Notes: generated from the letters alone by a model not told the origin. 64,000 bases of DNA from Candidatus Culexmicrobium cathedralense (GCA_025061115.1 JANZKC010000001.1:32001-96000); one strand, 5' to 3'; counted from the first letter of the stretch, positions 8,626 to 19,111 are shown. Numbers and translations are program-made.

Positions 8626-9560
8626 TTCTCCATGTCCTCCTGTCCTTTTATTAATTTCATGTAGACTTCTTCTAGAGATGGCATCATGGTGTTTAGGCTT
8701 AATACTTCTAGGTTGTTTTTCCTTGAAAAGTCTACTATGAATTCAATTACTTTGCTTGGAGTGTTTGTGTAGAGTCTAATTTTGTTGCCAGAGTACATGA
8801 TTTTTGCCACATAACTGTTGGTGGAGAGTTCAGCTACTTTGATGGGCTTGTTGAATAGGACTTCTATGTATTGGAGTTCACTGTACTTCATTCTCAGTCT
8901 TTCAGGTGTGTCTATGGCTGCTATTACTCCATGGTTTATTATTGCTATTCTATGGCATAGTTGGTTTGCCTCCTCCATGTTGTGTGTTGAGAGGAATACT
9001 GTTTTTCCCTCTCTACCGTACTGTTGAATCATTTCTCTAACTTTTCTTGCACTTTCAACGTCTAGGCCTGATGTGGGTTCGTCGAGGAATAGTATGTCTG
9101 GATCATTTATCAGTGCCATGCATAGGAGGAGTCTCTGCCTCATCCCCTTTGAGAATCCTCTTACAAGTCTATTTCTAACCTTGTATAGTTCGAGTTCTTT
9201 TAGGAGTTTAATTGCCCTTGCTGTACGCTCTTCCTTGGGTATGCCGTTGAGTTCTCCGATTAGCATTAAGTTTTCCCATGCAGTTAAGTCTACATATGCA
9301 TTTGATACTTCGGGGACAACTCCTATGCGCTGCTTAACCTTGACCGGTTCTTCTAGAACATTGTAGCCTGCCACAATTGCCTTTCCCTCATCTGGCTTTA
9401 GGATTCCAGTTAGAATTCTTATGGTGGTTGTTTTTCCAGCTCCATTTGGACCTAGGAAGCCAAATATTTCTCCCCTCTTCACCTTGAAGCTTATGTGGTT
9501 TACTGCTATTACTCCATTGAATTTTTTGGTTAGGTTTTCAACTTCTATGGTGTAGGTCAT
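8622..9560 (-). CDS. ABC exporter ATP-binding subunit (DrrA-like)
   Basis: GPNGAGKTT, FSKGMRQ, LFLDEPTSGLD, STHNMEEA. Confidence 0.95.
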   Translation of the reverse strand: MTYTIEVENLTKKFNGVIAVNHISFKVKRGEIFGFLGPNGAGKTTTIRILTGILKPDEGKAIVAGYNVLEEPVKVKQRIGVVPEVSNAYVDLTAWENLMLIGELNGIPKEERTARAIKLLKELELYKVRNRLVRGFSKGMRQRLLLCMALINDPDILFLDEPTSGLDVESARKVREMIQQYGREGKTVFLSTHNMEEANQLCHRIAIINHGVIAAIDTPERLRMKYSELQYIEVLFNKPIKVAELSTNSYVAKIMYSGNKIRLYTNTPSKVIEFIVDFSRKNNLEVLSLNTMMPSLEEVYMKLIKGQEDMEK

Positions 9561-9896
9561 CTATAAGTCCTCTAGGAAGTTTATCTTTATCCCCTTAATT
9601 TTCAGCCTCCACACCTTTTCAGGCGCTCCTTTGCCAGCCTCTCTATACTCAGCGAGTTCTATTATTCCTGCATCCCTCAACTCTGAAAGATGGTAGTAGA
9701 GGGCTGATTTTGAAATATCTTCACCTATATTCTTTAATGAATTGAAAATTTCATTTGTAGTTAACTCTCCACTTGTTAGTGACTTAATTATTATCCATCT
9801 AATTGGGCAGTGGAGGGCTTTAAAAATTTTTAGAGTTTCTTGCAGCTTCTCTTGTTTAATTAGATTCATACCATGATTGCATTCATTTCTGCACAT
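9561..9896 (-). CDS. ArsR-family winged-helix transcription regulator
   Basis: IFKALHCPIRWII...ISKSALYYHLSELRDAGII; Cys/His-rich N-terminus MCRNECNHG. Confidence 0.87.
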   Translation of the reverse strand: MCRNECNHGMNLIKQEKLQETLKIFKALHCPIRWIIIKSLTSGELTTNEIFNSLKNIGEDISKSALYYHLSELRDAGIIELAEYREAGKGAPEKVWRLKIKGIKINFLEDL

Positions 9897-9919
9897 TATA
9901 ATTCACTTATTATTGAAAT

Positions 9920-10075
9920 TTATTTTAAGTGTTTTTCCAAGCTTTCTAGTTCAGCTTTTGCCTCTTCAATTTTCCCTTGATCTAATAGTTTGCGGGCAGC
10001 CTCTATATGCTTCTTTACACAACTCCTTAAGTCATCTTTATATTCACATTCCGTACAGGCAGTTTCGCGACACAT
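9920..10075 (-). CDS. Small Cys-rich protein (51 aa), first gene of the ArsR-ABC operon
   Basis: GAGGTGA RBS then ATG; MCRETACTECEYKDDLRSCVKKHIEAARKLLDQGKIEEAKAELESLEKHLK*; not in ORF track. Confidence 0.78.
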   Translation of the reverse strand: MCRETACTECEYKDDLRSCVKKHIEAARKLLDQGKIEEAKAELESLEKHLK

Positions 10076-10098
10076 GGTTATCACCTCAAAACTTCTGT

Positions 10099-10124
10099 AA
10101 TATTACAAAATTTTTTGTAATATT
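10099..10124. promoter_or_regulatory. 12-2-12 inverted repeat operator overlapping the operon TATA box
   Basis: AATATTACAAAA-TT-TTTTGTAATATT, perfect arms; minus-strand TTTAAATA at 10121-10128. Confidence 0.72.
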
Positions 10125-10658
10125 TAAACTTTTTTGAGTGCCCTTGAGTTTGTTAGGCGTGTCCAGAGTGGTTAGGGTTTTCTAGGAGGGAACTTTGCAT
10201 GCTACTTGAACAATTTTCTGCGAATATAAGGTGCTTTTACTTGGTTCTCGCATGGTTTCTCTTAATAATCTAGATTTTTGCATTGTTAATCTGGGCGAAT
10301 TGGATATTTTAAGAGGTAGGATGCTGAAAATATGATGATCGATATTATGAGAGCTGCAATTCCTATAGAGAACATTATTGTAAACCATTTTCTAACTTGA
10401 TGCTTATTTCAACTTACTTTGGCTTTACCTCATTTATTGCTAAGCCTTCTTTGGCCTGCTCATGAGGAATCCTCATTATAAGAGTTAGCAACATAGTCTA
10501 TGGAAACAGGAGGAGTATGAATTAGAATTGCATGTTAAAGGAACGAGTTAGAGGAGGCACTCTACTAAAATTACATTTATTAAAAGATTTTGAGTTTAAC
10601 ATAGAAATATATGAAAAATATTTAGTCGTTATGTTTAAATTTTATCTTAATCTAAGTT

Positions 10659-10835
10659 GTGAAGGGATATAAGATTCCATGTCCTTGGCTTAAGAAGGAA
10701 GGCGATAAATATTATTGTACAGCTTCAACTCCTCCAATAGAGGTTGATATTAGGAAGGAGATTTGCAAACTTCCGCAATCACCATTTGATCCGACTAGAC
10801 CTTACTCCATGTGTAGAAGATGGAGACCTCCATGA
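10659..10835 (+). CDS. Small four-Cys (putative Zn-binding) protein, paralog of 35759..35959
   Basis: (I)PCPWLKKEGDKYYCTASTPPIEVDIRKEICKLPQSPFDPTRPYSMCRRWRPP*; start GTG 10659 or ATT 10674; not in ORF track. Confidence 0.72.
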   Translation: MKGYKIPCPWLKKEGDKYYCTASTPPIEVDIRKEICKLPQSPFDPTRPYSMCRRWRPP

Positions 10836-10957
10836 CAATAGTTTCAATAACAAAATATTGCAATAGCCATCAAAATCAAAATTTCATCATTTTTATTATA
10901 TACATATAATTTCAAATCTTAATTAAATTTTATGCACATTTTTAATAATAAAGTTAT

Positions 10958-11779
10958 TTAGGAAGGGGTTAACAAATCGGGAGTGTTCAAGGGGGCTATG
11001 AGATTGACCCCAACTATGGGCAGCCTTGAAAGAACTGTAGCATTGATTGATCCTACTCGCTTAGCCATTTTTAAGCCTAGGATGTAAGAGGGTGTCAATT
11101 TTTCTTGGTCCGACGCAAAACTTGATGTAGAACCAGTAGGAGAGAAATCTTCCAATAAATGGGTCGTCGAGAGCATCAAAGGCGGCTACAATTACAAACC
11201 TACTCAAATTCTTACCGATATACTCATACTCCGCCTCCTCAACGGTCACAATACCTTCATCACTCTTTGATAACTCTCTCCATCTCTCCTCTCTTAATGA
11301 AATTGTGAGATATACACATGCAAAACCAATGAGAGAGATGATGAAGACTGGCTGGTAGGAGCTTATAATGCTGGTGAAATCTGTCGTCTTCTCAGATAGC
11401 ATTGCCTGCTCAGATGGGCTGCTGAGATATACTGAGCCTAATCCTCCAAGAGCACTTGTGATCAAGTGAATTGGTAAATTTCGAGTAGAAGCATATATTG
11501 CCCCTGAAATAGCAATAATGCCGTGTAATAAGAATAGGAAGGGTTTTGTGCCGAATCTATCTGCGTGCATGCCCTCTAATAGACTTCTTATTGCAGCGAT
11601 GAAAGCATATGCGGTGAAGAGAAAATCCATGGTTAGGGGTGGAACACCGAGTTAGCTATGTATATTGTAAAGATAAAGATAATGGATATAAATCGCTAAT
11701 GAAACTTCTAAGACCTCGAGCCAATATCAGTAGCTTCGCATCCCTATCCAGTGAGATAAGCAAAAAGAACTTTGCCCAT
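10958..11779 (-). pseudogene. Degraded MFS transporter
   Basis: Fragments in different frames: LDRDAKLLILARGLRSF (~11700-11755) and ADRFGTKPFL...SPSEQAMLSEK (11061..11630); several frameshifts and stops. Confidence 0.75.
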
Positions 11780-11840
11780 CGCTATTTTTCCTAAAATTTT
11801 ATTTAAATTAATTATTAAATATTTTATGAAAAGAATTATT

Positions 11841-12506
11841 TTATTTTTCTTTATATATTTTTTCAGCTCTAATGCTTATTGGCAACCCAATTACACTTAA
11901 TATTGTAGCAATGAAGATGTTGTTTATTTTTGGTGCTGAATCAAAAATATCATATATGCCATCTCCGTCAGAATCTAGGGCTTCGATTCTTATCTGTGGA
12001 TTTCTTATTTGTAATTTAAAGCTTGATTCACTTTTTAATAATCCTTTCTGCAATATTTTTACATTTATAGTTAATTGATTTTCATCTTTTAGTAGTTCAG
12101 GTTTTATTATTGTTTTGGGAAGGGATCCTGCGATTTTAAAATACGTGCCTTCAAAGTCTTCTCTTATGGATCTAATTGGTTTACCGTTAAGAATTAGCGT
12201 ATAATTTATTATTGTTGTTCTCCATTCTTCTGTTTCTATTTCAACGAAATATTCGTAGTTGACTTTTATATTTGAATTGCCTATCCAGTTTCTTGGCATT
12301 GTAAATGGTAGTTTGATGCTTATTTCTTCACTCCAAGTTGGTGTGGTTGTGTTTTTCTCAATGTCGTATGTTGGTGGCGATGATGTGAATATGATTATGA
12401 TAGGTTTATTTATTTGCATATACATTGGAATTAGGATTATTAGGCTTGCTACAACAATCCATATGAAGAATGTGATTAAAATTAATTTATTTAGCTTCAT
12501 GAGCAC
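11841..12506 (-). CDS. Hypothetical membrane protein with Ca-binding DxDxDG (TSP3-like) motif
   Basis: N- and C-terminal TM helices; DSDGDGIYDIFD. Confidence 0.7.
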   Translation of the reverse strand: MLMKLNKLILITFFIWIVVASLIILIPMYMQINKPIIIIFTSSPPTYDIEKNTTTPTWSEEISIKLPFTMPRNWIGNSNIKVNYEYFVEIETEEWRTTIINYTLILNGKPIRSIREDFEGTYFKIAGSLPKTIIKPELLKDENQLTINVKILQKGLLKSESSFKLQIRNPQIRIEALDSDGDGIYDIFDSAPKINNIFIATILSVIGLPISIRAEKIYKEK

Positions 12507-13240
12507 TCCCTAAACATTTTTGTTTTGTTTGACATATTTAGTTTTTGGTATATGCGTGATATGAGGTTTCATCTGGGTGCTATTAGTCTCTGCGTTTTGT
12601 TGCTTATTTAATTGATGAAATAATTTTGAATTAATCATAATGCATTTCCAATGTATAGATCTCCAATACCCATTTTCTACCAACTTATTTCCATCCATAA
12701 TTCCCTTTATATGGTTCTTAATGTTGTCGAAAAATTAAATTTGTAACTCAGTTAAAGAGATGGTCAAATATTGTAGATTATGCTTCTTTCATTTGAAAAT
12801 AAGGATCATTTATTGTCAAAGTCAGTACAGTTTCTCATGATTATTTCAAAGTAAAGAATGAATTACTAATTGGAAAGTCCTCTATCAATCCTTACAATTA
12901 TAACTCGGTAATTATAAGTATTTCATCTTCTTATGAAATTATGCAGTGCTGAAACATTTATAACTTCAATGTTTAGGATGACTCTGTTCATGGTTTAAGT
13001 GGTGTTTTAAAGAAGGTGAAAATGTGTTATTATGTCCTCAGATTTTAAGATTACTATTAGTCACGTTAGCTATTATTACGCCTTCTTTTTCACAAAAATT
13101 TCTCCGAGTAGGTTTTAATCCTAGTTATTCTTAAACTTAAACAGTAAAACTAATTAAAATAATCTTGCCCTATGATGGTTAAAGTACTATCTTCACATAA
13201 ATACTGGAAAGTATGTATTAGAACTCTAGGAGGCTTATCC

Positions 13241-13819
13241 TTATTCATTGATTTTTAGGTGGATTGTGTGTTGGATGGTTTGTATTGGTAGGTAGCCTAT
13301 TGGCATTAAAGCGTATATTTTGAATTTTATGGTTATGGGTAAAATATGTTCTTTTGGTGGATTTTCAGATTTAATTAAATATATTTTTAAGAGTATGTGG
13401 TCGTCCATATTCCACCAGTAATTGGTTGGACATTCAATTATAAAGTACACATCATTACATGTTACATCTATTATTTCAATAGTGAAACCTGTTACTATTG
13501 GAAGTGAAATATTTTCAGAAACTTTTCCAAGAACTATTGTATATAAATATAGTGAACCCTGGACAAGTTTAGAGGCATTAATGTAACCTGGATGAATGCC
13601 TAAAATTAACCTTAATGATCCAGCATAAGTATTAATTGTCTTATACTCAAAATACCATGGATAGAAAGAATCCATCTCTGTCAGCTTATTAAAGGTATCC
13701 TTTCCCATAACATTCAAACTTCTGGGAGAATAATATTGCCACAAGAAAAGAAGTATAATAAGAGAAAAAATAAAAATGAGGAGAAAAGACTTAGTATGTC
13801 TCTTCACGTTTTCCACCAC
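13241..13819 (-). CDS. Hypothetical membrane-anchored extracellular protein
   Basis: N-terminal TM helix followed by a beta-rich domain. Confidence 0.65.
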   Translation of the reverse strand: MVENVKRHTKSFLLIFIFSLIILLFLWQYYSPRSLNVMGKDTFNKLTEMDSFYPWYFEYKTINTYAGSLRLILGIHPGYINASKLVQGSLYLYTIVLGKVSENISLPIVTGFTIEIIDVTCNDVYFIIECPTNYWWNMDDHILLKIYLIKSENPPKEHILPITIKFKIYALMPIGYLPIQTIQHTIHLKINE

Positions 13820-14078
13820 TTATCAATACTCATGGCGGTATGATGTTTACGCGGTAAGTGATGTTTTCACCATATTTCTATTTTTAAACTTATTTATAAA
13901 TTTTTATGTAACCCTATTTTTAATTAATTAATTAAAGATAATTTTTATAAATTTTTAAACATAAAAAATTACTTCTCCAGAAAATAGAAGAAGATAATAT
14001 TTTTGATGAGAAACATCTCGAAGAGATAAAGCGGATTGTCGAATGGATAAATAAAATTTCTAAGAGGGAGAAGAAGAA

Positions 14079-14297
14079 ATGAGCTTCGACATTATAAGTA
14101 AACCAGCATATAATCAAGCATTAGAGTATTTAAAGGCTAAAGGCTTTAAATTCGAAATAAAAGAGAACCCACCATACTATACCCTTAAACTTACAGCTCC
14201 AAATGGGGAAATTCACATACAGAAATGTGAGCATAATGCAGGGTATAGTCCAACATTAATTATGGATTTTGTAAAGAATGAAGATGAAATAAAATAG
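14079..14297 (+). CDS. Hypothetical protein
   Basis: 72-aa ORF with ATGA overlap to a start-less upstream frame (13951-14082). Confidence 0.5.
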   Translation: MSFDIISKPAYNQALEYLKAKGFKFEIKENPPYYTLKLTAPNGEIHIQKCEHNAGYSPTLIMDFVKNEDEIK

Positions 14298-14587
14298 TTC
14301 ATAGCTGCCATAAACACCATTATTGATTACAGGCTTCTTAAGAAGAATGGGTGTTAAAGGAAGATTTTTTCCACGGTGTTCTTAGCGTCACTTCAACGGC
14401 TTTTCTTAAATTATTGGAAGAACCTAATAGAGCGTTATGGCTTTTGAATCATTTCTTCTAGGCGTATAATTTATTCTTGATATAGTTTGTTAAAGATTGA
14501 GATGTAGCTCGAAGGAGAAAGGAATTTTGTTTTGCTTTATTGTTTAAGTTATAAAAATTGATTGTATGTTTAAGTAGATTTTATTAT

Positions 14588-15760
14588 TTATTTTTTGGTG
14601 TAGACGATTTGTCCGTCAATTATTACCATTTCCACGTTAGTTTTGATGTCTAGTGGATCTCCATCTAGTATTCTTATGTCGGCGTCTTTGCCTTTTTCTA
14701 TGCTTCCAACTCTATCGGCTACGCCGAGTATTTCAGCTGCATTTATGGTTATGGCTTTTAGCGCTTCTTCGTATGGTAGTCCATGTTTTGCTGCTAGTGC
14801 TGCGCATATTGGTAGGAATGCAATTGTTTGTCCAACTGCGTCTGTTTGTATTGCTAGTTTTACTCCAGCTTCATATAGTATTCTTGGAGTGTTGAAGTTG
14901 AGTTCTCTCATTTCCCATTTTCCTCTGCTTAAGAGGCTTGGACCCCAAACTGCTGGCACACCTTTTTTGGCTATCCATCTTGCTATTCTGTGTCCTTCGG
15001 TTGCATGTTCCCACGATATTTTTACATTGAATTCCTCTGCAATTCTGATTGCAGTTGCAATATCATCTGCTCTGTGGGCGTGTGCTCTAAGTGGAATTTC
15101 GCCTCTTAGAACTTTTTCTAGGGCTTCAAGCTTTAAATCTATGTCAGGCATTTTTGATGGATCATCCTTTGCAAGTTCCTTCTTTCTCATATAATTCCTT
15201 GCGTTCTGTAGCCATTCTCTTATTAGGCCAGCTATCCCCATGCGTGTGCTTGGAGGCTTTTTCAGCTCGAGGCCGTATACTCTTCTTGGATTTTCTCCTA
15301 ATGCAATTTTCATTCCTGAAGGTTCTTTTAGCACCATTTCATCAACCACAATTTTAGGTGCAGTTTTTATGACTACTCCCATTCCACCAATGACATTTGC
15401 GCTTCCCGGCAGTATTTGAACGGTTGTCACTCCTGCTTCTAATGCTGCTTGAAGTCCCTTTTCATCTGCATTTGCCTTTATTGCATCAATTGCTCTTAGG
15501 TGGGGTGTAATTGGATCTGTTGCTTCATTTCCATCGCTTCCAAACCAGCCTACTGTTTCCTCGAATATTCCAATGTGGCAGTGGGCATCAATTAGTCCGG
15601 GCATAACTACTTTATCCTTGGCATCAATAACTTCAGCATTTTCTGGAATCTTTATGTCTACACCTACATCCACAATTTTGCCATTTTCTATAAGGATTGT
15701 ACCTCTCTTGATTACTCCTTTAGTTATGGTTAAAATTTTTCCATCCTTTATGGCTAACAA
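14588..15760 (-). CDS. Metal-dependent amidohydrolase (imidazolonepropionase-like superfamily)
   Basis: MPGLIDAHCH, GVTTV, K.ALGENP, HAHRADD, EH, TD, GSIEKGKDAD. Confidence 0.92.
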   Translation of the reverse strand: MLAIKDGKILTITKGVIKRGTILIENGKIVDVGVDIKIPENAEVIDAKDKVVMPGLIDAHCHIGIFEETVGWFGSDGNEATDPITPHLRAIDAIKANADEKGLQAALEAGVTTVQILPGSANVIGGMGVVIKTAPKIVVDEMVLKEPSGMKIALGENPRRVYGLELKKPPSTRMGIAGLIREWLQNARNYMRKKELAKDDPSKMPDIDLKLEALEKVLRGEIPLRAHAHRADDIATAIRIAEEFNVKISWEHATEGHRIARWIAKKGVPAVWGPSLLSRGKWEMRELNFNTPRILYEAGVKLAIQTDAVGQTIAFLPICAALAAKHGLPYEEALKAITINAAEILGVADRVGSIEKGKDADIRILDGDPLDIKTNVEMVIIDGQIVYTKK

Positions 15761-15934
15761 TTAAAGCCCGCCTCAACATTTATCATAGAATGTATTTAAG
15801 ACTAATTGAAACATTATGAAGATGCATTATTGGTGTACTCAGCATTAGAATTGTAGATGCTGTTCTTGCGTATCAAGTTGCTGCAACTTCCTAACAAGCA
15901 GAGCACTCCACAACTCTTTGCAAATTTTTAATAT

Positions 15935-16222
15935 TCAAACTAATTGCTTCTGCGATTTTAAGCGGATATGAGGAAGCAGCAACTTTAAGTGCTTATACGT
16001 TCCAAGCCACTCATAGCCTCTTTCGGTGATTCTATAATATTTTTTATTGTTTGCCTCATACATGACTATTAATCCGTATTTGGTTAGGTGATTGATTATC
16101 TTTTTACCTCTATCAACGGGAATTTTTGCCAAAAGGCATAGCTCCGTGATTCCTTTGCCGCCCTCCAAGAGTGCGTTAAGAATTGATTCAACAATGTCGT
16201 GCCAACATCTGTTTTTCCTCAT
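15935..16222 (-). CDS. Winged helix-turn-helix protein (COG3432-like)
   Basis: IVESILNAL...L..YGLI...YRITERGYEWL; divergent from the bactofilin-like gene. Confidence 0.8.
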   Translation of the reverse strand: MRKNRCWHDIVESILNALLEGGKGITELCLLAKIPVDRGKKIINHLTKYGLIVMYEANNKKYYRITERGYEWLGTYKHLKLLLPHIRLKSQKQLV

Positions 16223-16287
16223 TAACTAACAATTTGTGAGTCTAACTAATAAGATTAATTTAACATGCATTATGCGGAGGTGATTTA

Positions 16288-16926
16288 ATGCAGGAAATTG
16301 AGGAATTGTCAATTGGTGGATCGGCGAAATTTAGGGGACCGGTAAAGTTTAGGAGAATAAGTATTGGTGGAGCAATAAAGATCGAAGGAGATGCTGAGGG
16401 GGATGAACTCTCCATAAGCGGTTCAGGCAGCATTGAAGGTGATCTTAGAGTTAGGGAGCTGCGCGTTTCAGGAAGCATTAAGGTTGCTAAGAACATAGTT
16501 GGCGATGAAATCGGCATATCAGGTAGTGCTTCAATAAGTGGCGAGTTAAAGGGAGTGGAAGTAGAGATGTTTGGAAGCTTGAAGACATCAAAAATACATG
16601 CTAAATTAGCTCATCTTGAAGGAAGCGTTAAAGCTGAAGAAATAGTGGCTGAGCAGGTGTATATAGGTAGGAGGTCAAAGGTTATTGGAACCATAATCGG
16701 ACGTGAAGTAAAGGTGGATAAGGAAGCCGAGGTTGAGGTAATTATCGGTGATGAAGTTAAAATTGGAAAGAAAGCTGAAGCAGAGCTAATTGAAGGTAGA
16801 ATTGTTAGAATTGAGAGAGACGCGGAAATAGGGGAAGTAAGGTACATTGAGGAGGCAGAAATAGATGAGCAAGCGAAAGTTGGCAAGCTAATAAAAATTG
16901 AGCAATTATCAAGAGAAATACCTTAG
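16288..16926 (+). CDS. Beta-helix polymer-forming (bactofilin-like) protein
   Basis: Repeated I/V.GS..I.G units; GGAGGTGA RBS. Confidence 0.78.
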   Translation: MQEIEELSIGGSAKFRGPVKFRRISIGGAIKIEGDAEGDELSISGSGSIEGDLRVRELRVSGSIKVAKNIVGDEIGISGSASISGELKGVEVEMFGSLKTSKIHAKLAHLEGSVKAEEIVAEQVYIGRRSKVIGTIIGREVKVDKEAEVEVIIGDEVKIGKKAEAELIEGRIVRIERDAEIGEVRYIEEAEIDEQAKVGKLIKIEQLSREIP

Positions 16927-17035
16927 TAAAAGCACTTTCTTTACATTTTTGAATTTAGCTTAAAGGGGATGCTTGTTGAGTTTCATCATTCATGTAATTA
17001 GTTGAAAAGCTTAAGTAGCATTTGGAATTTATCTG

Positions 17036-17962
17036 ATGTCGGCGGGTGTCTTTATGAAGTTGAGAATGAATATCGATAAGCTAGTGAAAGTGTCGGTTAT
17101 AGGTGAAGTTTCAAGTCCAATATCAACTCCATCGCCCTACAAGATATCCGCATTCGGCGAGCCACTAGTGCTGCCTGGTGTTGGTGGAATTAGATATAAT
17201 GTTAGAGTTGGTGATCCGGCTGTTGGATGGATGGCTGATCATGTTGAGCCTGGAGTAAGCATAAAGAACTTCACGACATATCCAGGTGCATCTGCAGCCT
17301 CCCCAAATCTTGCCTTAAACCTTTTGGCTTGCATTGGAAATGAAGCGAAAGTTGTCAGTGGAGATGCTAAGGGAAGTAAAGGTGTAGTTGTTGGGAAGCA
17401 TGGTGGAATAGAGCATGTAATGGTTGATTTTCCACCGGATGTTCTGGAAAAACTAGTTATTGGAGATAAAGTGTTGGTCAAAGCATTTGGAGTGGGTTTA
17501 CGGTTATTGGACTACCATCCTGACATTAAAGTTATGAATATTGATCCAAGCTTACTGGAAAAAATCGACATTAAACAGGTAGAAGATAAGCTTGAAGTCC
17601 CCGTAACCCACCTAGTACCAGCATCAATTATGGGCTCAGGGATCGGAGCAAACCACGTCTATCGGGGAGACTACGACATACAATTATTTGACGAGGAGAC
17701 AAGGAAGGAATACGGACTAGATGATCTGCGCCTTGGAGACCTAGTAGCCATACTCGATGCAGATCACAGTTACGGCAGAATATATAGGAAAGGCGCAATC
17801 TCCATTGGAGTTGTAGTCCACACAGACTGCATAACTGCTGGCCACGGTCCAGGAGTAACAACAATAATGACTTCAAGCAATGGTAAAATAATTCCAAGAA
17901 TTGATCCGAAAGCCAACATAGCATACTACCTAAACTTGAGACCAGACATATTCAAGCAGTAG
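17036..17962 (+). CDS. DUF4438 family protein (TM_1086-like)
   Basis: LPGVGGI.YNVRVGD, DHVEPGVS, GKHGGIEH, MGSG.G, GDYDI, AGHGPGVT. Confidence 0.85.
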   Translation: MSAGVFMKLRMNIDKLVKVSVIGEVSSPISTPSPYKISAFGEPLVLPGVGGIRYNVRVGDPAVGWMADHVEPGVSIKNFTTYPGASAASPNLALNLLACIGNEAKVVSGDAKGSKGVVVGKHGGIEHVMVDFPPDVLEKLVIGDKVLVKAFGVGLRLLDYHPDIKVMNIDPSLLEKIDIKQVEDKLEVPVTHLVPASIMGSGIGANHVYRGDYDIQLFDEETRKEYGLDDLRLGDLVAILDADHSYGRIYRKGAISIGVVVHTDCITAGHGPGVTTIMTSSNGKIIPRIDPKANIAYYLNLRPDIFKQ

Positions 17963-18118
17963 CTACCAATCATCATTACTTCCCCTGTAAATTCTTTTTA
18001 GCATTTTCAACTTGAACTCAAGTTGTTATTCGGATTTATTTGAAGCATAGATTCCAAAGAGCATGGCACTCGTTTGATTTAAATGATTGCTGTTATGATA
18101 TTTGTTTGGTGGTTGCTT

Positions 18119-19051
18119 ATGGCTTTCAGGTTTTTGATCGTTGAGCCAATCCATAAAGATGGCATCGATATTCTTCGCAGATTTGGCGAAGTAATTGAGC
18201 TTCCTCCCATGAGTAAAGTTGAAGATTTGAAGGAAGCCATCGTTGATGTTGATGCGATTGTTTCCAGGGGATTTATAAAGATTACTAGGGATGTTTTATT
18301 GGCTGCTAAGCGCTTGAAGGTCATTGGCGTTCATGGCGTCGGCATTGACCACATTGATCTTGAGGCTGCCAAAGAATTGGGAATTAAGGTTATTAATACT
18401 CCTGCTGCTTTAACTGACACTGTTGCTGAATTTACTATCGGTATGATTCTTTCATTGCTTAGACGCATTCCTCAAGCTGATAGGGCGGTTAGGTTGGGAG
18501 AATGGCATCGCAAATTCAGTGATTTGATCGGCTTTGATTTGGCCGGCAAAACTATAGGTATTGTGGGTTTAGGTAGAATTGGTAGTGCTGTAGCTTGGAG
18601 ACTAAAAAATTTCAATGTTAAGTTGATTTATTATGATAAGATTAGGAAGCCTGATTTAGAAAATGAATTAGGTATAGAATTTAAGTTGTTTGATGATCTG
18701 CTGAGGGAGTCTGATGTGATATGCATTCACGTGCCTTTAACTGAGGAGACTTTTCACATGTTTTCAAGTAGGGAGTTTAAATTGATGAAGGATGGCGTTT
18801 TCATTATCAACATGGCTAGGGGCTCCGTAATTGATGAAAAGGCTTTAGTTAAATATTTGAGGGGTGGTAAGATTGGAGGAGCTGCTCTCGACGTCTTTGA
18901 AGCTGAGCCACTACCTAATGATAGTCCTTTACTTGAATTTGATAATGTAATTTTAACTCCTCATCTGGGTGCTTCTTCGAGGGAGGCTCTTAGGAGAATG
19001 GCTATTGAAGTTGCAGTAGGAATTTTGAGGGAGCTCGGCGTTAATTTATAA
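18119..19051 (+). CDS. D-isomer-specific 2-hydroxyacid dehydrogenase (SerA/glyoxylate reductase family)
   Basis: GVGIDHID, GLGRIG, HVPLT, INMARG, LDVF..EP, TPHLGA; probable start 18119 (track start 18083). Confidence 0.92.
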   Translation: MAFRFLIVEPIHKDGIDILRRFGEVIELPPMSKVEDLKEAIVDVDAIVSRGFIKITRDVLLAAKRLKVIGVHGVGIDHIDLEAAKELGIKVINTPAALTDTVAEFTIGMILSLLRRIPQADRAVRLGEWHRKFSDLIGFDLAGKTIGIVGLGRIGSAVAWRLKNFNVKLIYYDKIRKPDLENELGIEFKLFDDLLRESDVICIHVPLTEETFHMFSSREFKLMKDGVFIINMARGSVIDEKALVKYLRGGKIGGAALDVFEAEPLPNDSPLLEFDNVILTPHLGASSREALRRMAIEVAVGILRELGVNL

Positions 19052-19111
19052 TACCTTTTACGTGATAATTCTTAATTTCATTTTAATGATTTCTTTAATA
19101 GATTAATAGGT

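Noticed and set aside
12510-13200. Short ORF 12510..12698 and surrounding low-coding DNA
   Set aside because: Probably decayed gene debris; no recognisable motif
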